A DNA stretch of 64,000 nt from Candidatus Eiseniibacteriota bacterium (GTDB lineage Bacteria; Eisenbacteria; RBG-16-71-46): contig JANLWX010000028.1 of assembly GCA_031364845.1 (NCBI GenBank), positions 5,346 to 69,345 of the forward strand, read 5' to 3'. Numbering within the stretch: position 1 is the first letter of the stretch; each line of letters opens with the position of its first letter. Below the pieces are notes generated by a model. That model had not been told where the DNA came from. It made no database searches and worked only from the letters and a program-made list of their open reading frames with translations. A program made the position numbers and the translations under genes. Of the stretch, positions 56,412 to 64,000 are shown one piece after another.

Positions 56412-58036
56412 CATTCCGGTGGTACGGGTTGTTGGTGGTCGCGTTGCTGACTCTGGGATTCGTCCCCGCAGTGCAGGCGCAGGAAGAAGAAGTGCCGGTC
56501 GAGACTATGAAAGCCCCCACTTCCGACACCCCGTCCTCCAAGGAATCCGACGCCGCTCGCACGCGTGATCAGCTGAGGCGAGCGGTCGCATCGAACCCGC
56601 AGCTCGAATTGCCGGGTGCCGTCGATCCCGAACAGTACCGGGTCGGACCGGGAGATATCCTCCAGGTGAGCGTGTGGGGTGGGCTTTCGCGCAACATGAC
56701 GATCGAGGTCGGCCCCGAAGGCACCGTCCAGCTGCCGACCGCGGGCACGATGAAGATCGACGGCATGCTGCTGAAGCAGGTCCGTTCCGAGATCATCGCC
56801 CGCCTGCGTTCCGAGTTTCGTGGTCTGAGCATCGATGTGCGGCTGCTGCGTCCGCGCCGCTTCGTCGCCTATGTCACGGGACAGGTCGAAGCGCCCGGCT
56901 CGGTTCCGGCGAGTGGCGCGAGCCGCGTCGCGGACATCGTTCTGCTGACCGAACCGCTCAAGAATGCATCGCTGCGAAACATCGAGGTGATCCACCGCGA
57001 CGGAACCCGCGAAGTCGCCGACCTCGAGTTGTTCCTGCGTACGGCGAGTCAGAGTCTCAATCCATGGGTGCGTGATGGCGATGTGCTCAACGTAGGGTCG
57101 GCTTCCAAATGGGTGCACGTCCAGGGCGCGGTTTCGCGGCCGGGCCGCTACGAACTCGGACCGAACGACAGCCTTCGCACGCTGCTCCAGCTCGGTGGCG
57201 GCACCGTGCCCGCCGCGGACCTGTCCCGTGCTCTGCTGGTTCGGTGGCTCGACAGCGTGAGATCCGAATCGACATGGGTCAACGTGGAGGAAGTGCGTGC
57301 CGGATCGTTCAACCCACGGCTGAGCAATGGCGACCGTTTCTACGTCTACTTCATCCCGCAGTACGAGGTACTGAACGAAGCCACCGTGTTGGGTGAAGTG
57401 ATGCGCCCAGGCATTTATCCGATTCAGGAAGGCCGCGACCGGATCACCGACGTCGTTCGCGCCGCGGGCGGCTTCCTGCCCGGCGCCGACCTTGCTTCGA
57501 TCCGCGTGCGCCGCGAGAATCGGCGCGTGCAGGAGGACTCCGAGCTCGAGCGGCTGCTGCGGTTGTCGCGCCGCGATCTGACCAACTCCGAGTACGAAGT
57601 GCTCCAGACCAAGCTCGCCGGCCGACGAACCGAATACCGTATCGACTGGGCGCGCGTTCAGAGAGAGCCGGACCTCGATCTGCTGCTGCTCGGCGGCGAC
57701 ATCATTCAGGTCGACCGGGTGATCAACTCGATTCGCGTCGACGGCCAGGTCCGCCGCCCGGGCATTCTGGCGTACCGGCCCGGTCTCGGTCTCGAGGACT
57801 ACGTGAAAGCGTCCGGGGGCTTCTCCGAACGGGCGTGGCGGAACAAGATCCGCGTGACCCGCTCGGTGACGGGCCAGACGTTCCTCGCCAAGGACGTGTC
57901 GCAACTCGATCCGGGCGATCTCATATGGGTTCCCGAGAAGGCCGACGTGACGTTCTGGGATCAGACCCGCACCGTGCTCACCGCCGCCGCCCAGGTGGCG
58001 ACTGTGATCCTGGCCTTCAACTCGGTGAACCGTTGA
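56408..58036 (+). CDS. Polysaccharide export protein (Wza-like; PES/SLBB domains)
   Basis: ATGA overlap. Signal MTFRWYGLLVVALLTLGFVPAVQAQ. 'YRVGPGDILQVSVWG' polysaccharide-export motif and several 'GDII.V' SLBB repeats. Confidence 0.8.
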   Translation: MTFRWYGLLVVALLTLGFVPAVQAQEEEVPVETMKAPTSDTPSSKESDAARTRDQLRRAVASNPQLELPGAVDPEQYRVGPGDILQVSVWGGLSRNMTIEVGPEGTVQLPTAGTMKIDGMLLKQVRSEIIARLRSEFRGLSIDVRLLRPRRFVAYVTGQVEAPGSVPASGASRVADIVLLTEPLKNASLRNIEVIHRDGTREVADLELFLRTASQSLNPWVRDGDVLNVGSASKWVHVQGAVSRPGRYELGPNDSLRTLLQLGGGTVPAADLSRALLVRWLDSVRSESTWVNVEEVRAGSFNPRLSNGDRFYVYFIPQYEVLNEATVLGEVMRPGIYPIQEGRDRITDVVRAAGGFLPGADLASIRVRRENRRVQEDSELERLLRLSRRDLTNSEYEVLQTKLAGRRTEYRIDWARVQREPDLDLLLLGGDIIQVDRVINSIRVDGQVRRPGILAYRPGLGLEDYVKASGGFSERAWRNKIRVTRSVTGQTFLAKDVSQLDPGDLIWVPEKADVTFWDQTRTVLTAAAQVATVILAFNSVNR

Positions 58037-59118
58037 TGACATCCGCCCCCGAAACACCCCGCCGCGAGTTCGATATTGCTGAGTTCGTCGGCCGGCTGTG
58101 GGCCGAGCGTGTGCGCATGATCGCCGCCATGCTGATCGCAGGCCTGGTCACGCTCGCGATCGCGTTCATGCTTCCGAAGTGGTATCGCGCGACCGCCGTC
58201 ATCCTGCCGCCCGATGACGCGGATCTGTTCTCCAATCTGAGCATGGCGACCAAGGCGCTCACCAAGTTCCCGGCGTTCGGCGCGCTCGGCGATTACTTCA
58301 CGCCCGCGGACATCTTCAAGGCGACGCTCAAGAGCCGGTCCCTTCAGGAAGCCGTCGTCGACAAGTACAACCTGCAAAAGGTGTACAAGCTCAAGAGTCG
58401 CGAGAAGACGCTCAAGGAACTCAAGCGCAACTACGAGATCAAGCTGTCCCCGGACGGAACCATCTCGGTGGCGGTCGACGACCGCGATCCCAAGCGCGCC
58501 GCGGAAATGGCGAATTACTTCCTGACGACGCTCGATCATTTCAACATCGAAACGCGCAACACGCGGGCCCGGCGCACGCGCCAGTTTCTCGAGCAGCGCG
58601 TCCACGAGACCGACTCGCTGCTGCGCCTGAGCGAGGTCTCACTCCGGAAGTATCAGGAAGTGCGCCACACGGTGGTCCCGACTACCGCTTCCGCCGCGGA
58701 CGTTCAGGCAGCAGCGGAGATCATGGGCCGCAAGATCGCGCTCGAAGTCCAGATCAACGTGCTGCGCACCTATCTGCGCGAGGACAACGACGAGATCCGC
58801 CAGGCCCGTACCGAACTCGAAGCGTTGAAAAGCCGCATCGGAACAATGCCGGCCGTGATGGGCGATGTGACGCGTCTAGTGCGCGACCAGAAGATCCAGG
58901 AGCAGGTGTTCGTCCTGCTCACGGCGGAGCTGGAGCAGGCTCGCATTCGCGAACTGATGGACACCCCGACGGTCCAGATTCTGGACCCCGCAATTCCGCC
59001 GGAGCGTCATGAACGTCCGAAGCGCGCGACGCTGGCCATCATCGCCTCGCTTCTCACGTTCGTCGGGTGCGTCGTGTATTTCGCCGTCCAGGGTCCGCGC
59101 CGCCTGCCCACCGAGTAG
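58036..59118 (+). CDS. Polysaccharide co-polymerase / chain-length determinant (Wzz/GumC-like, no kinase domain)
   Basis: TGATG overlap. N-terminal TM 'MIAAMLIAGLVTLAIAFML', long coiled-coil periplasmic region, C-terminal TM 'LAIIASLLTFVGCVVYFAV'. Confidence 0.7.
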   Translation: MTSAPETPRREFDIAEFVGRLWAERVRMIAAMLIAGLVTLAIAFMLPKWYRATAVILPPDDADLFSNLSMATKALTKFPAFGALGDYFTPADIFKATLKSRSLQEAVVDKYNLQKVYKLKSREKTLKELKRNYEIKLSPDGTISVAVDDRDPKRAAEMANYFLTTLDHFNIETRNTRARRTRQFLEQRVHETDSLLRLSEVSLRKYQEVRHTVVPTTASAADVQAAAEIMGRKIALEVQINVLRTYLREDNDEIRQARTELEALKSRIGTMPAVMGDVTRLVRDQKIQEQVFVLLTAELEQARIRELMDTPTVQILDPAIPPERHERPKRATLAIIASLLTFVGCVVYFAVQGPRRLPTE

Positions 59119-59273
59119 GGGCTTCGCGATGCGGGATCCGATTGCGAACGTGTTCAGCTACACCCGAGCGCCTTCCCGAGCACGACGCAGCGAGGCGCAC
59201 GGCGCTTCGGCGCTCGGCGCTTCCCCGCGTAAGAAGGCGTGCGCAAGCTCCCGGGCGCGATGAGGTGCTTGAT

Positions 59274-60614
59274 CTAGCCGGACCCGGCGGCGGCGCGCGA
59301 ACGCGCCTCGGCGCGTCCGAGATATACACCCATGATCCAGTAGAACAGCGCGCTGTACTGAAGGCCCGTGAACGTCGGCTCGAACATGAGATTGAGCATC
59401 GCGATCCCGAACGTGAGCTGCATCGCGCGGCCCTCGAGCTGGCTGACCGGATTTCGTTCGATCTTGGTGATCCGCATCCACAGCATCACGAGGAACGTGA
59501 TCCACAGGATGAGCCCCATCGCCCCCAGTTCACTGGTGAGGACGAGCCAGTAATTGTGCGGATCCTCCTCGTACAGCCGGTCGAGATACCCGAAGCCTTG
59601 ATTGAGCCCCATGCCGAGCGGCCAGTGATCGGTGATTCGCACCCAGGCGACCTTCCAGTACCAGAGACGCACGACGACGCTCAACATGTCCTCGGTGCTC
59701 GTGAAGCGGTCCAGCAACAGCTTGGCACCAGGCCCGGTGAGCAGCAGCGAAATCATGGTCAGAGCCGAAAGCGTCGCCATCCACGGTTTGATCCGCGACC
59801 GGAAGATCGCGAACAGCGAAACGGCGAGCACCAGCAGCGCTCCGCCGCGCGAGGCCGCGATCGTCACGACGCTCGCCGTGAAGGGAATCGAAGCCCATCC
59901 CACGAGGCGGTAGAGCTTGCGGCGCCCCGACATCGCCATGTGGATCCCGGTCGGCAGCATCAGGGAGAGCAGTGCCGCGATATAGTTCGCAGCGCCCCAG
60001 CCGAGGTCGGTGGAACTGCGGCGCAGTTTGTGGGAGGCGATCATTTCGATGCCGCCCTGGCTCATGGCGCGGGCGATGATTGCGATGGACAGGGCACACG
60101 CACCGGCCGGCACGCCCAGGAGCAGCAGGTCTGAATTGACGAAACGGGTCATGCGCCACGCGGTCCACAGCGCGAGGCCGCACATCGCGATCTTGCGCAC
60201 GCCGAACATCCACCACCATGTGTCCCGGCACCAGAAGAACGTGAACGCCGCCCATGCCACGAGCAGCCAGAACACGACTTCGAGCGCGTCGAGGCGTGAC
60301 AGCCACCGCGCGCGGGTCCGCCATCCGATCACGATCAACGTGACTGCGCACACGAAGATCAGGACCTCGTAGGCGAACACCTTGGCGAATTGAGGCAGGA
60401 TCACCAACACCGGCATCATTGCGATCATGATTCCCGGCCAGCGCCAGAACAGTACCCCGAGCGTCATGAGCAGCAGCGTCACGAGTGTGGCCACCTTCAC
60501 CACGCCAGGTGCTGCCAGCAGCAGGACGACGAGCCCGACCGCGACCGCCGGGATGGCCCAGAACGGCGGCATCGATCTGCTCCCGGCCGGGTGACCGCCC
60601 ATCGTCATGCTCAC
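59274..60614 (-). CDS. O-antigen ligase / Wzy-family polymerase (polytopic membrane protein)
   Basis: About 11 TM segments with a large periplasmic loop 'IAASRGGALLVLAVSLFAIF' (Wzy_C-like). The alternative start MPPFWAIPAV at 60572 cannot be excluded. Confidence 0.75.
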   Translation of the reverse strand: MSMTMGGHPAGSRSMPPFWAIPAVAVGLVVLLLAAPGVVKVATLVTLLLMTLGVLFWRWPGIMIAMMPVLVILPQFAKVFAYEVLIFVCAVTLIVIGWRTRARWLSRLDALEVVFWLLVAWAAFTFFWCRDTWWWMFGVRKIAMCGLALWTAWRMTRFVNSDLLLLGVPAGACALSIAIIARAMSQGGIEMIASHKLRRSSTDLGWGAANYIAALLSLMLPTGIHMAMSGRRKLYRLVGWASIPFTASVVTIAASRGGALLVLAVSLFAIFRSRIKPWMATLSALTMISLLLTGPGAKLLLDRFTSTEDMLSVVVRLWYWKVAWVRITDHWPLGMGLNQGFGYLDRLYEEDPHNYWLVLTSELGAMGLILWITFLVMLWMRITKIERNPVSQLEGRAMQLTFGIAMLNLMFEPTFTGLQYSALFYWIMGVYLGRAEARSRAAAGSG

Positions 60615-60645
60615 GGCGCGAGTCCTGTCTGACCACGGTTGCCGC

Positions 60646-61674
60646 TCATCGGATGTGCTCGAGTGCGGCGAGGCCGAAGGGCGCCGGCAGCGGTCGCACC
60701 GGAACCGGACTCGTGAGGCGTCCGGTGCGGCGCAGCGCCGAGCGGCGGCGCAGGCTGTGCATCAGGCCGCGCAGGGCTGGCGCGAACACATGGTGATGCT
60801 CGCGAAACAACGCCATGCACGCGCTCGCGACTTCGTGGCGCCCGCCGCGCCGCAGCTTCGCCCAGTTGCCGAGCAGGTAGCCGCCGACGTGCGCCCGCGT
60901 GTAGCGCGTGAGGCCGCGCTGTTCGAGCACCCCGGCATGGGTCATGAAGTGGTCGGTGTATTCGCGGATGTGGCGCAGGTCACGCGTGATCTTCTCGTTC
61001 TCCTGCTCGGCATGCATCAGCACTTCGCATCCCATCACATCGAGGATCGCGAGAGAGGAGCTGCGCAGCATGTCGAGATACAGTTTCACGTCGGCGCCGA
61101 ACCCGAGCGACTCGTCCATTCCATGGGACGCGCGCGCGATCGCGGTGCGCAGCAGCATGCCCGAGGGATAGTTGAACGGGTTCGTGTAGAAGGTCGACAA
61201 CGCCCACAGCGCCGCCGCGATCGCGTCCCCGCGGGCGTAGATGCCGGCCGGCAGGTTGCTGCCGAGCGGGAACGTGGTCCCGCGCCTCTCATCGATCGCG
61301 CGGCCGCGCGAAGAGACGATCCCTAAGTCCGGATCCTGATCGAGCAGCCGGCGCGCGGGGGCGATGAAGCCGTCGAGCAACACGTCGTCCGAGCACAGCG
61401 TCATGACGTAGCGCCCGCGCGCAAGCATGATGCAACGGTTGAAATTGCCGAACAGGCCGAGATTGCGCTCGTTGCGCACGAGGCGGAGCCGCGGGTCGTG
61501 GTAGGAGTTCAGCACCTCCCACGTGCGGTCGGTCGAGGCATTGTCGACGACCAGAATTTCGAGATCGGACCCGGGCTGGCGCAGTGCCGATTCGAGCGCC
61601 TTCCGAACCAGCACCTCCCGGTTGAACACCGGGATGCCGATCGTGATCGCCGGTTCGATGGCCCGTGTCTCCAT
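60646..61674 (-). CDS. Family-2 glycosyltransferase
   Basis: Real part of ORF 60646-62481. Start METRAIEPAITIGIPVFNREVLVRKALESAL. 'LEILVVDNASTD' and 'CSDDVLL' (DxD). Confidence 0.85.
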   Translation of the reverse strand: METRAIEPAITIGIPVFNREVLVRKALESALRQPGSDLEILVVDNASTDRTWEVLNSYHDPRLRLVRNERNLGLFGNFNRCIMLARGRYVMTLCSDDVLLDGFIAPARRLLDQDPDLGIVSSRGRAIDERRGTTFPLGSNLPAGIYARGDAIAAALWALSTFYTNPFNYPSGMLLRTAIARASHGMDESLGFGADVKLYLDMLRSSSLAILDVMGCEVLMHAEQENEKITRDLRHIREYTDHFMTHAGVLEQRGLTRYTRAHVGGYLLGNWAKLRRGGRHEVASACMALFREHHHVFAPALRGLMHSLRRRSALRRTGRLTSPVPVRPLPAPFGLAALEHIR

Positions 61675-61706
61675 GGTGGCCGAGTTCGTCTCGCGAGCTT
61701 CTTCGA

Positions 61707-62624
61707 TCACGCGACGACGGTGCGCCGGCGCGATTCGATCGTGTCCGCGAGCCCCGATCGGAGGTCGTAGTGCGGCGACCAGCCGGTGCCCTGGACCAGT
61801 TTGCGCGTGTTGGCGCAGATGAACGGCGGATCGGTCGGATTGTCGGGGCGCGCACCGAACTTCAGGAGTGATTCCCGATCGAGCAGCCCGGCGATGGTGG
61901 TGACGATCTCGCGCACCGTGACGGGCTGGCCGGAGCCGATGTTGACGATGCCGGTCAGTTCGCTGGTCGCGGCCGCTGCGATCGCCGAACCGACGTCGGC
62001 GACATGCAGGAAGTCTCGCACCTGCATGCCGCGCGTGAGCCCCGCCTCTTCGCCGCGCAGCAGCGTGTCGATCACGTACGGCACGAGCCGGCGCGCATCC
62101 TCGTGGGGACCGTACTGGTAGAATGGCCGCACCCAGCAGAACGAGACGCCGCGCGCGCGGGCGATCTGCTCGCACATCAGACGCGCGGAGGACTTGGCGG
62201 CTGCGTAGAGGCTCGCCGGCTTGTTCGGCGTGGTCTCCGACAGCCAGCCGAAGTCGAAGTCGTATTCGAAGCACGTGCCGACGTAGACCACGCGCTTCAC
62301 CCCGGCATCGGCGAGGGCATGCGTCAGGGCCGCGGTGCCGATCACGCACGAGAGGTTCTCGACCGCTTCGAGATACTTGCCCGGCACCGCGTACCACGCC
62401 GAGTGGACCACCATTTCCACACCCGAGCACAGCGCTTCGAGTTGCGAGGCGGACGCGGCGAACACATCGCAGGTCACCCACTCGATGCGGCCATCGACAT
62501 CCGCGAGGCGCTCGCGATTCGCGCCCGCGCGTTCCGAGGCGCGCACGACGTGACCCTGCGCGAGCAGCGCGCGCACGATCTGGGAGCCGATGAATCCGGT
62601 CGCGCCGGTGACGAGCACCTTCAT
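61707..62624 (-). CDS. NAD-dependent epimerase/dehydratase
   Basis: Start MKVLVTGATGFIGSQIVRALL (internal Met of ORF 61707-62681). 'SLYAAAKSS' YxxxK. Confidence 0.8.
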   Translation of the reverse strand: MKVLVTGATGFIGSQIVRALLAQGHVVRASERAGANRERLADVDGRIEWVTCDVFAASASQLEALCSGVEMVVHSAWYAVPGKYLEAVENLSCVIGTAALTHALADAGVKRVVYVGTCFEYDFDFGWLSETTPNKPASLYAAAKSSARLMCEQIARARGVSFCWVRPFYQYGPHEDARRLVPYVIDTLLRGEEAGLTRGMQVRDFLHVADVGSAIAAAATSELTGIVNIGSGQPVTVREIVTTIAGLLDRESLLKFGARPDNPTDPPFICANTRKLVQGTGWSPHYDLRSGLADTIESRRRTVVA

Positions 62625-62661
62625 GAGCGCCCCCCGATCGCGGGCTCGGAGCCGTTTGCGA

Positions 62662-63192
62662 TCATGGCTGGAAGTCCGCATGGACGAGATCCTTCGGCGA
62701 CAGGATCGGGTCCGCGATCGGCCACGTGATGTTGAAAGCCGGATCGTTCCAGCGCACGCCGCGCTCGGCGTTCGGCGTGTAGAACTCGGTCACCAGGTAC
62801 AGCACCTCGCTGTCGTCCGTGAGCGCCTGATATCCGTGCGCGAAGCCTTCGGGGACATAGAAGGTCTTGCGGTTGGCCGCGCTCAGCTCGATGCCGAACC
62901 ACTTCAGATAGGTCGGCGAATCCTTGCGGATGTCGACGATCACGTCGTAGATCGCGCCGGTGATGCAGCGCACCATTTTGACCTCGGCGTGCGGCGGCAC
63001 CTGATAGTGCATCCCGCGCAACGTGCCCTTCTTGAAGTTGTAGGACGTGTTCGCCTGGGTGATGACGTTCTTGAGCCCGTGCTGCGCGAGTTCGTTCTGA
63101 CAGAACGCGCGCGCGAAGAAGCCCCGCTCGTCGTTGCGCGGCTCGAGTTCGATCACGAACGCGCCGCGGAGCGGTGTCTCGGTGAAGATCAT
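62662..63192 (-). CDS. rfbC: dTDP-4-dehydrorhamnose 3,5-epimerase
   Basis: 'RGFFARAF', 'LRGMHYQVPPHAEVKMVRCITGAIYDVIVDIRKDSPTY', 'FYVPEGFAHGY'. Confidence 0.9.
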   Translation of the reverse strand: MIFTETPLRGAFVIELEPRNDERGFFARAFCQNELAQHGLKNVITQANTSYNFKKGTLRGMHYQVPPHAEVKMVRCITGAIYDVIVDIRKDSPTYLKWFGIELSAANRKTFYVPEGFAHGYQALTDDSEVLYLVTEFYTPNAERGVRWNDPAFNITWPIADPILSPKDLVHADFQP

Positions 63193-63232
63193 CGGGACTC
63201 CTCGTCGTGGGGGGTGCGCGGGTGCCGGCGGG

Positions 63233-64000
63233 CTACCGCATCCAGATCAGTTCGTCGGTGACCTTGCGCTCCTGGATCAGGTGCAGCAGCTGCTTCAGGC
63301 GCGTGAACTCGCGTCCGTCGAAGCGGGCATAGTCGAGTTCGAAACGCTTGAATGCCTCGTAGAGCTCGACGATGCCCTGGTCGACCGACCACTGCGGCTC
63401 GAACTCGGGCAGTCGCTCGCGCACCTTGGCGAAGCTCACATTGTAGTTGCGCGCGTCGGCCGACACGCCCTCGGCGAATGTCACCGTGCTGCCCGGAACC
63501 ACGCGCGCGACCGACTCGGCGATGTTGCGCACCTGCCAGTTGTCCTGCTCGCGGCCGATGTTGAAGGCTTCGCAATGGACCCGCTCGCGCGGCACCGACA
63601 GCGCGGCGATCACGGCCCGGCTCATGTCCTGGATGTGGACCAGCGGGCGCCACGCGCGGCCGTCGCTCATGAGGGTGACCTTGCCGGTGGTGACCGCCCA
63701 TGCGACCAGGTTGTTGACGACCAGATCGACGCGCAGACGCGGCGAGTAGCCGTAGGCGGTGCCGTTGCGCAGGAACGTGGGAGAGAAGCGGTCGTCGGCC
63801 AGCGCGGCGAGCGCCTGCTCGGTCTGAACCTTGGAGCGCGCGTAGGCCGTGAGCGGGTTCATCGGCGATTGCTCGTCGAGCTGTCCGCCTTCGCTCGATC
63901 CGTAGATGCTGCACGACGAGGCGAATACGAAGCGCTGGATCCCGGCTTCCTTCGCGAGCGTGGCCAGATGGATCGACGCTTTGAGATTGATGTCGTCGGT
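63233..64000 (-). CDS. NAD-dependent epimerase/dehydratase, 5'-partial (start lies beyond the window end)
   Basis: ORF 63233-63862 opens at 'AYARSK', the catalytic YxxxK of an extended SDR that normally sits ~150 residues in. The frame stays open to the window end. Confidence 0.7.
   Translation of the reverse strand, partial: TDDINLKASIHLATLAKEAGIQRFVFASSCSIYGSSEGGQLDEQSPMNPLTAYARSKVQTEQALAALADDRFSPTFLRNGTAYGYSPRLRVDLVVNNLVAWAVTTGKVTLMSDGRAWRPLVHIQDMSRAVIAALSVPRERVHCEAFNIGREQDNWQVRNIAESVARVVPGSTVTFAEGVSADARNYNVSFAKVRERLPEFEPQWSVDQGIVELYEAFKRFELDYARFDGREFTRLKQLLHLIQERKVTDELIWMR

Noticed and set aside
56360-58057. 565-aa minus-strand ORF
   Set aside because: Antisense to the wza-like gene.
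59530-60636. 368-aa minus-strand ORF
   Set aside because: Alternative frame of the Wzy-family membrane protein gene. The Wzy frame shows ~11 coherent TM helices and this frame shows none.

Overview
This 64-kb window is a high-GC (~68-70%) bacterial chromosome segment, densely coding on both strands with many 4-bp start/stop overlaps. Protein features (type-A and type-B T9SS-like C-terminal sorting domains, PorV/PorQ-like outer-membrane proteins, CarbopepD_reg domains) suggest an FCB-group lineage such as Gemmatimonadota. This lineage call is inference. Its main blocks, in order, are: (1) Secreted CTD proteins, a TonB-dependent receptor-like OMP and a PorV/PorQ-like OMP (94-9129). (2) A beta-1,2-glucan (sophoro-oligosaccharide) utilisation locus: GH144 x2, GH94 phosphorylase, sugar ABC transporter, a large two-discoidin + (alpha/alpha)6 enzyme, and a convergent GH1 beta-glucosidase (9205-23590). 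(3) A Ser/Thr kinase-TPR gene and a secreted protein (23676-26497). (4) A pyrimidine cluster pyrR ... pyrB-pyrC-[TPR lipoprotein]-pyrK-pyrD-[HNH endonuclease]-pyrF with two embedded non-pyr genes (26839-38210). (5) OMP + lipoprotein, ECF sigma / anti-sigma and an OPT transporter (38424-44732). (6) A ~4.8-kb low-GC island (46284-51101) flanked by ~90-bp imperfect direct repeats that duplicate the 3' end of the upstream gene; it carries a poly-G(12) tract, a beta-helix fragment, a secreted protein, a tandem beta-helix (tailspike/pectate-lyase-fold) protein and a small unknown protein. (7) A Wzx/Wzy-type exopolysaccharide/O-antigen cluster (rmd-like x2, ugd, rmlC-like, rfbB, wza, wzz-like, wzy, GT2, epimerases, rfbC) to the window end. 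No rRNA, tRNA or CRISPR was seen. Long R-rich reverse-strand ORFs are antisense artefacts of the high GC.
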